Made by a program: the position numbers and the translations under genes
Source of the DNA: a virus
Taxonomy: Duplodnaviria; Heunggongvirae; Uroviricota; Caudoviricetes
Strand: one strand, 5' to 3'
Length of the DNA: 26,295 bases
IMG/VR virus record: IMGVR_UViG_2703718850_000007
Part shown: positions 20,930-26,295 of the stretch, one piece after another
Layout of the letters: each line of letters opens with the position of its first letter
Position numbering within the stretch: position 1 is the stretch's first letter
The notes under the pieces: generated by a model
Databases searched by the model: none
Seen by the model: the letters and a program-made list of their open reading frames with translations, nothing else
Told to the model about the DNA's origin: nothing

Positions 20930-21148
20930 ATGCAGAAACGAGAACCCGTCATCATCGCGCCAGACTATACCGATGATGAACTTTATGAGTGGATGCGCCA
21001 GAAAATTAATGCAGCGCAGGATCTGAAATGGGCTAATGAAGCCAGGGCTAAGCAGGCTGAAAATCTGTCCGCTCTGGAGCAGGATATCACCAATCTGGAA
21101 AAAGCAGCGGCATTAAGCATTGCCAGAATGATTACATACCCGCGTTAG
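20930..21148 (+). CDS. ydfC: YdfC
   Basis: 72 aa, MQKREPVIIAPDYTDDELYEWMRQKINAAQDLKWANEARAKQAENLSALEQDITNLEKAAA...; GAGG RBS. Confidence 0.75.
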   Translation: MQKREPVIIAPDYTDDELYEWMRQKINAAQDLKWANEARAKQAENLSALEQDITNLEKAAALSIARMITYPR

Positions 21149-21488
21149 TAGCTAATCAACAAAGCTAAGGTTAGTAATTAAGGAGTTCTCCACGGGTGAG
21201 GTGGAGTGCGTGCGCCGGACACGGGTGCGCATCCGGAACTGACAGTTTACTGAAAGGATATTTCCCTGAAAAGTCAGACCATAACGCGAAAGCGCACGGC
21301 GAGGTAGCTGGTTCATAGATAGCCTGTCGTTAAATTTTCGTCGACCGTGCGCTTCCGGTTGTGGCAACCCGCGAAATGGCGCGGCGGTAAGTATGGCGGG
21401 GTTATTCCTTCCCCGTTGAGGACACCGGGTTGTCAGGTTGACCATACGCTTAAGTGACAACCCCGCTGCAACGCCCTCTGTTATCAAT

Positions 21489-21541
21489 TTTCTGGTGACG
21501 TTTGGCGGTATCAGTTTTACTCCGTGACTGCTCTGCCGCCC
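21489..21541 (+). ncRNA. dicF: DicF small RNA (Hfq-dependent; targets ftsZ, xylR, pykA and manX mRNAs)
   Basis: TTTCTGGTGACGTTTGGCGGTATCAGTTTTACTCCGTGACTGCTCTGCCGCCC followed by TTTTT matches the 53-nt DicF sequence as I remember it; a long structured precursor region (21150-21488) precedes it. Confidence 0.9.
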
Positions 21542-21715
21542 TTTTTAAAGTGAATTTTGTGATGTGGTGAATGCGGCTGAGCGCACGCGGAACAGTTAAA
21601 ACCAAAAACAGTGTTATGGGTGGATTCTCTGTATCCGGCGTTAATTGTTAACTGGTTAACGTCACCTGGAGGCACCAGGCACTGCATCACAAAATTCATT
21701 GTTGAGGACGCGATA

Positions 21716-21904
21716 ATGAAAACGTTATTACCAAACGTTAATACGTCTGAAGGTTGTTTTGAAATTGGTGTCACTATCAGTAACCCAGTATTTACTGAAG
21801 ATGCCATTAACAAGAGAAAACAAGAACGGGAGCTATTAAATAAAATATGCATTGTTTCAATGCTGGCTCGTTTACGTCTGATGCCAAAAGGATGTGCACA
21901 ATGA
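21716..21904 (+). CDS. dicB: DicB cell-division inhibitor (MinC-dependent FtsZ-ring inhibitor)
   Basis: 62 aa, MKTLLPNVNTSEGCFEIGVTISNPVFTEDAINKRKQERELLNKICIVSMLARLRLMPKGCAQ; GAGGA RBS. Confidence 0.85.
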   Translation: MKTLLPNVNTSEGCFEIGVTISNPVFTEDAINKRKQERELLNKICIVSMLARLRLMPKGCAQ

Positions 21905-22092
21905 ATTCAGCATTTGTGCTTGTTCTGACAGTTTTTCTTGTTTCCGGAGAGCCAGTTGATATTGCAGTCAGTGTTCACAGGACAATGCAGGAGTGTATGA
22001 CTGCAGCAACCGAACAGAAAATTCCCGGTAACTGTTACCCGGTCGATAAAGTTATTCACCAGGATAATATCGAAATCCCGGCAGGTCTTTAA
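21901..22092 (+). CDS. ydfD: YdfD small membrane/lysis protein
   Basis: 63 aa, MNSAFVLVLTVFLVSGEPVDIAVSVHRTMQECMTAATEQKIPGNCYPVDKV...; start overlaps the dicB stop (ATGA); N-terminal hydrophobic segment. Confidence 0.7.
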   Translation: MNSAFVLVLTVFLVSGEPVDIAVSVHRTMQECMTAATEQKIPGNCYPVDKVIHQDNIEIPAGL

Positions 22093-22184
22093 AACAGTTC
22101 CGTAATAAATATCCGGTTTCATTCTTATATGCCAGCAATGGCAGGGATTTGTTCATCCTTAAATCTGTCATGAGGTTAAAACAA

Positions 22185-24656
22185 ATGAGTAAAGTCTTTA
22201 TTTGCGCCGCTATTCCTGACGAACTGGCAACAAGGGAAGAAGGCGCTGTGGCTGTAGCCACAGCCATTGAAGCTGGCGACGAACGCCGTGCTCGAGCAAA
22301 ATTTCACTGGCAATTCCTGGAACATTATCCGGCTGCTCAGGACTGCGCTTATAAATTTATTGTCTGCGAGGATAAACCTGGCATACCCCGCCCTGCCCTC
22401 GATTCATGGGATGCTGAATATATGCAGGAAAACCGCTGGGATGAGGAGTCTGCTTCTTTTGTCCCGGTTGAGACTGAATCCGATCCGATGAACGTCACTT
22501 TTGACAAGCTGGCCCCTGAAGTACAGAACGCTGTCATGGTTAAGTTCGACACATGTGAAAACATCACCGTTGATATGGTTATTAGCGCACAGGAATTGTT
22601 GCAGGAAGACATGGCAACATTCGACGGACATATCGTTGAAGCGTTGATGAAAATGCCAGAAGTTAACGCCATGTATCCGGAGCTTAAGTTGCACGCCATT
22701 GGGTGGGTTAAGCATAAATGTATTCCTGGTGCTAAATGGCCCGAAATTCAGGCAGAGATGCGCATCTGGAAAAAACGTCGCGAAGGTGAACGCAAGGAAA
22801 CCGGAAAATACACGTCTGTTGTTGATCTCGCCCGCGCCAGAGCCAATCAACAGTACACTGAAAATTCAACAGGAAAAATCAGCCCGGTCATTGCTGCCAT
22901 TCATCGCGAATACAAGCAGACATGGAAAACACTGGATGACGAACTGGCCTACGCTCTCTGGCCTAGTGATGTGGATGCCGGAAACATTGACGGCAGCATC
23001 CATCGCTGGGCAAAAAAAGAAGTTATCGACAACGACCGCGAAGACTGGAAGCGTATCTCGGCATCAATGCGCAAACAGCCTGATGCCCTTCGCTACGACC
23101 GCCAAACTATTTTTGGCCTTGTCCGTGAGCGTCCGATCGACATTCACAAAGATCCCGTAGCACTGAACAAATATATCTGCGAATACCTGACGACAAAGGG
23201 CGTGTTTGAGAATGAAGAAACAGACCTGGGCACTGTTGATGTTCTCCAGTCATCAGAAACACAAACTGATGCAGTGGAAACTGAGGTATCTGATATCCCA
23301 AAAAATGAAACCGCGCCGGAAGCTGAACCATCTGTAGAGCGTGAGGGGCCGTTCTATTTCCTCTTCGCAGATAAGGACGGAGAAAAATACGGTCGCGCAA
23401 ACAAACTCTCTGGTCTGGATAAGGCACTGGCTGCTGGCGCCACTGAAATCACAAAAGAAGAATATTTTGCCCGAAAAAATGGCACATACACGGGCTTACC
23501 GCAAAATGTAGATACCGCTGAAGATTCAGAACAACCAGAGCCGATAAAAGTTACCGCTGACGAAGTAAACAAAATTATGCAGGCAGCCAATATCAGCCAG
23601 CCTGACGCCGATAAGTTGCTTGCTGCATCACGTGGTGAATTTGTTGAAGGGATTAGTGACCCGAATGATCCGAAATGGGTTAAGGGGCTCCAGACCCGCG
23701 ATTCTGTGAACCAGAACCAGCATGAACCGGAACGGAACTACCAAAAAGCGGAACAAAACAGTCCAAATGCGTTACAAAACGAGCCAGAAACGAAACAGCC
23801 TGAACCAGTAGCGCAACAGGAAGTGGAAAAAGTCTGCACCGCCTGCGGTCAGACCGGCGGCGGCAACTGCCCTGATTGTGGCGCGGTGATGGGCGACGCA
23901 ACATACCAAGAAACATTCGATGAAGAGTATCAGGTTGAAGTTCAGGAAGATGATCCGGAGGAAATGGAAGGCGCTGAACATCCACACAAGGAGAACACTG
24001 GCGGCAATCAGCATCACAATAGCGATAATGAAACTGGCGAGACGGCAGATCACCCAATTAAGGTGAACGGTCATCACGAAATCACATCCACCAGCAGGAC
24101 GTGTGACCATCTAATGATCGACCTTGAAACCATGGGAAAAAATCCTGATGCCCCGATCATCTCAATAGGTGCAATATTTTTCGATCCGCAAACCGGAGAT
24201 ATGGGACCGGAATTTAGTAAGACTATCGATCTGGAAACTGCTGGCGGAGTCATTGATCGGGACACCATTAAATGGTGGCTTAAGCAATCACGCGAAGCGC
24301 AATCTGCCATTATGACCGATGAAATCCCGTTAGATGATGCACTGTTACAATTGCGAGAATTTATCGACGAAAACTCCGGTGAATTTTTTGTTCAGGTTTG
24401 GGGAAATGGAGCCAACTTCGACAACACGATTTTGCGCCGTTCATACGAACGGCAGGGGATCCCCTGCCCGTGGCGTTACTACAACGATCGCGATGTACGC
24501 ACAATCGTTGAGCTGGGGAAAGCCATAGACTTCGATGCCAGAACGGCTATTCCATTCGAAGGTGAGCGCCATAATGCACTTGATGACGCCCGTTACCAGG
24601 CAAAATACGTTTCAGTTATCTGGCAAAAACTGATCCCGAGTCAGGCTGATTCTTAA
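22185..24656 (+). CDS. RecE-like exodeoxyribonuclease VIII homolog with a C-terminal DnaQ-like (DEDDh) 3'-5' exonuclease domain
   Basis: 823 aa from the ATG at 22185 (GAGGT RBS). Its central region matches the RecE linker including the zinc ribbon CTACGQTGGGNCPDCGAVMGDATYQETF; the C-terminus carries DEDDh motifs MIDLET / NGANFD / HNALDDA. Confidence 0.85.
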   Translation: MSKVFICAAIPDELATREEGAVAVATAIEAGDERRARAKFHWQFLEHYPAAQDCAYKFIVCEDKPGIPRPALDSWDAEYMQENRWDEESASFVPVETESDPMNVTFDKLAPEVQNAVMVKFDTCENITVDMVISAQELLQEDMATFDGHIVEALMKMPEVNAMYPELKLHAIGWVKHKCIPGAKWPEIQAEMRIWKKRREGERKETGKYTSVVDLARARANQQYTENSTGKISPVIAAIHREYKQTWKTLDDELAYALWPSDVDAGNIDGSIHRWAKKEVIDNDREDWKRISASMRKQPDALRYDRQTIFGLVRERPIDIHKDPVALNKYICEYLTTKGVFENEETDLGTVDVLQSSETQTDAVETEVSDIPKNETAPEAEPSVEREGPFYFLFADKDGEKYGRANKLSGLDKALAAGATEITKEEYFARKNGTYTGLPQNVDTAEDSEQPEPIKVTADEVNKIMQAANISQPDADKLLAASRGEFVEGISDPNDPKWVKGLQTRDSVNQNQHEPERNYQKAEQNSPNALQNEPETKQPEPVAQQEVEKVCTACGQTGGGNCPDCGAVMGDATYQETFDEEYQVEVQEDDPEEMEGAEHPHKENTGGNQHHNSDNETGETADHPIKVNGHHEITSTSRTCDHLMIDLETMGKNPDAPIISIGAIFFDPQTGDMGPEFSKTIDLETAGGVIDRDTIKWWLKQSREAQSAIMTDEIPLDDALLQLREFIDENSGEFFVQVWGNGANFDNTILRRSYERQGIPCPWRYYNDRDVRTIVELGKAIDFDARTAIPFEGERHNALDDARYQAKYVSVIWQKLIPSQADS

Positions 24657-24728
24657 TGTTCAACTGTCGCCGGTTGTGACTGGTATTCTGCAACCGGCGC
24701 TCGTCTGATGTAAGAGATAAAGAAATCG

Positions 24729-24980
24729 ATGAGCGAAGTAATCATGATTGTCTCTCCCGGCAAATGGGTATCCGAAGAGCAGTTAATTGCGCTGAAAGGA
24801 ATAAAAAAAGGTACGTTAAAAAAGGCCCGGGAAAAATCGTTTATGGAAGGAAGGGAATATAAGCATGTCGCTCATGACGGTATGCCATGGGATAACAGTC
24901 CATGCTTTTACAACCTGGAAGAAATTGATCGCTGGATTGAGCGCCAGGCATCAGCGAGACCAAGACGTCATCTTACTTGA
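24729..24980 (+). CDS. Excisionase-like small DNA-binding protein (putative Xis)
   Basis: 83-aa ORF immediately upstream of the integrase on the same strand; function assigned by context only. Confidence 0.55.
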   Translation: MSEVIMIVSPGKWVSEEQLIALKGIKKGTLKKAREKSFMEGREYKHVAHDGMPWDNSPCFYNLEEIDRWIERQASARPRRHLT

Positions 24981-25014
24981 CTAAAAGCCACACTAACTAA
25001 TGAGAGAAGTTGAA

Positions 25015-26295
25015 ATGAAATATCCGACAGGCGTGGAAAACCATGGAGGGAAATTACGTATCTGGTTTGTTTATAAAGACGTAAGAGTCAGGGAAAATCT
25101 GGGGGTTCCTGACACAGCAAAAAACAGGCGCGTTGCAGGTGAACTACGCTCCTCTGTTTGTTACGCAATAAAAACTGGTGTTTTCGACTATGCAAAACAG
25201 TTTCCCTCCTCACGCAATCTGGAAAAATTTGGTGAGGCCCGACAAGATTTAACCATAAAAGAACTGGCTGAAAAATTTCTGGCACTGAAAGAAACTGAAG
25301 TCGCCAAAACATCACTCAACACATACCGTGCCGTCATCAAAAATATCCTGAGCATAATCGGTGAAAAAAATCTTGCCTCATCGATTAATAAAGAAAAATT
25401 ACTGGAGGTTCGTAAAGAGTTACTGACTGGATACCAGATCCCCAAAAGTAACTATATTGTTACACAACCAGGGAGATCGGCTGTAACTGTAAATAATTAC
25501 ATGACAAATCTTAACGCCGTGTTCCAGTTTGGTGTTGATAACGGTTACCTGGCAGATAATCCGTTTAAGGGGATCTCGCCATTAAAGGAATCAAGAACCA
25601 TTCCGGATCCTCTTTCGCGGGAAGAATTTATCCGTCTTATCGATGCGTGCAGAAATCAGCAAGCAAAAAATTTATGGTGTGTTTCTGTTTATACTGGAGT
25701 TCGCCCTGGTGAGCTGTGTGCACTTGGATGGGAGGACATAGATCTGAAAAATGGAACAATGATGATCAGGAGAAATTTAGCAAAAGACCGTTTCACGGTA
25801 CCAAAAACACAGGCGGGAACCAATCGGGTCATTCATCTTATTAAGCCAGCAATCGACGCTCTCCGGAGTCAGATGACATTAACGAGACTGAGCAAAGAGC
25901 ATATCATTGATGTTCACCTCAGAGAGTATGGCAGAACAGAAAAACAAAAATGCACCTTTGTTTTTCAACCTGAAGTGTCAGCGAGAGTAAAAAATTATGG
26001 TGACCATTTTACCGTTGACTCAATAAGGCAGATGTGGGACGCAGCGATAAAACGTGCCGGACTCCGCCATCGAAAATCATATCAGTCGAGACATACTTAT
26101 GCCTGCTGGTCGCTGACAGCTGGTGCTAACCCGGCATTTATAGCAAACCAGATGGGCCATGCAGATGCGCAAATGGTATTTCAGGTATACGGAAAATGGA
26201 TGTCTGAAAACAATAATGCACAGGTAGCTTTGTTAAATACACAGTTAAGCGAGTTTGCCCCAACCATGCCCCATAACGAAGCAATGAAAAATTAA
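25015..26295 (+). CDS. intQ: Tyrosine recombinase, phage integrase
   Basis: About 426 aa from the ATG at 25015 (alternative ATG at 25000); SAM-like N-domain and catalytic-domain motifs (RPGELCAL, ...SRHTYACW..., GHADAQMVFQVYGKW). The stop codon is the last triplet of the window. Confidence 0.9.
   Translation: MKYPTGVENHGGKLRIWFVYKDVRVRENLGVPDTAKNRRVAGELRSSVCYAIKTGVFDYAKQFPSSRNLEKFGEARQDLTIKELAEKFLALKETEVAKTSLNTYRAVIKNILSIIGEKNLASSINKEKLLEVRKELLTGYQIPKSNYIVTQPGRSAVTVNNYMTNLNAVFQFGVDNGYLADNPFKGISPLKESRTIPDPLSREEFIRLIDACRNQQAKNLWCVSVYTGVRPGELCALGWEDIDLKNGTMMIRRNLAKDRFTVPKTQAGTNRVIHLIKPAIDALRSQMTLTRLSKEHIIDVHLREYGRTEKQKCTFVFQPEVSARVKNYGDHFTVDSIRQMWDAAIKRAGLRHRKSYQSRHTYACWSLTAGANPAFIANQMGHADAQMVFQVYGKWMSENNNAQVALLNTQLSEFAPTMPHNEAMKN

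Noticed and set aside
21152-21487. 111-aa minus-strand ORF
   Set aside because: Lies in the structured dicF precursor region between ydfC and dicF on the opposite strand; more likely non-coding RNA leader sequence.
23680-24110. Minus-strand ORFs of 125 and 112 aa
   Set aside because: Antisense shadow ORFs inside the RecE-like exonuclease gene.

Overview
This window reads as a degraded lambdoid (Qin-like) cryptic prophage of Escherichia/Shigella, inserted into the MFS transporter gene ydfJ at the left edge (about 1285) and running to the integrase at the right edge. All calls are from reading the sequence and ORF track against remembered protein families and K-12 gene order; no database search was run. 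From left to right on + coordinates: ydfK, the invertase pinQ, tail-fibre remnants (tfaQ, stf C-terminal fragment), a rearranged packaging module (terminase large subunit split in two with one piece inverted, intact W and portal B, truncated C, intact Nu1 and cos), ynfO/ydfO/gnsB, cold-shock morons (cspI, cspB, cspF), a pinholin/SAR-endolysin/spanin lysis cassette, Q antiterminator with a PR'-like promoter and tR'-like terminator, relBE-hokD, flxA with a sigma-28 promoter, a single-ORF DDE transposase (IS), the ydfA-ydfB-ydfC-dicF-dicB-ydfD operon, a RecE-like exonuclease with a DnaQ-type C-terminal domain, excisionase and a tyrosine integrase. The most unusual part is 17.7-20.6 kb, where the expected dicA/dicC immunity genes are absent and replaced by the IS, a small membrane-protein gene with a strong RBS, and a conserved-looking ORF carrying an in-frame amber codon. 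I found no CRISPR array, tRNA or rRNA, and no clearly novel multi-gene system; the candidates worth follow-up are listed as findings.
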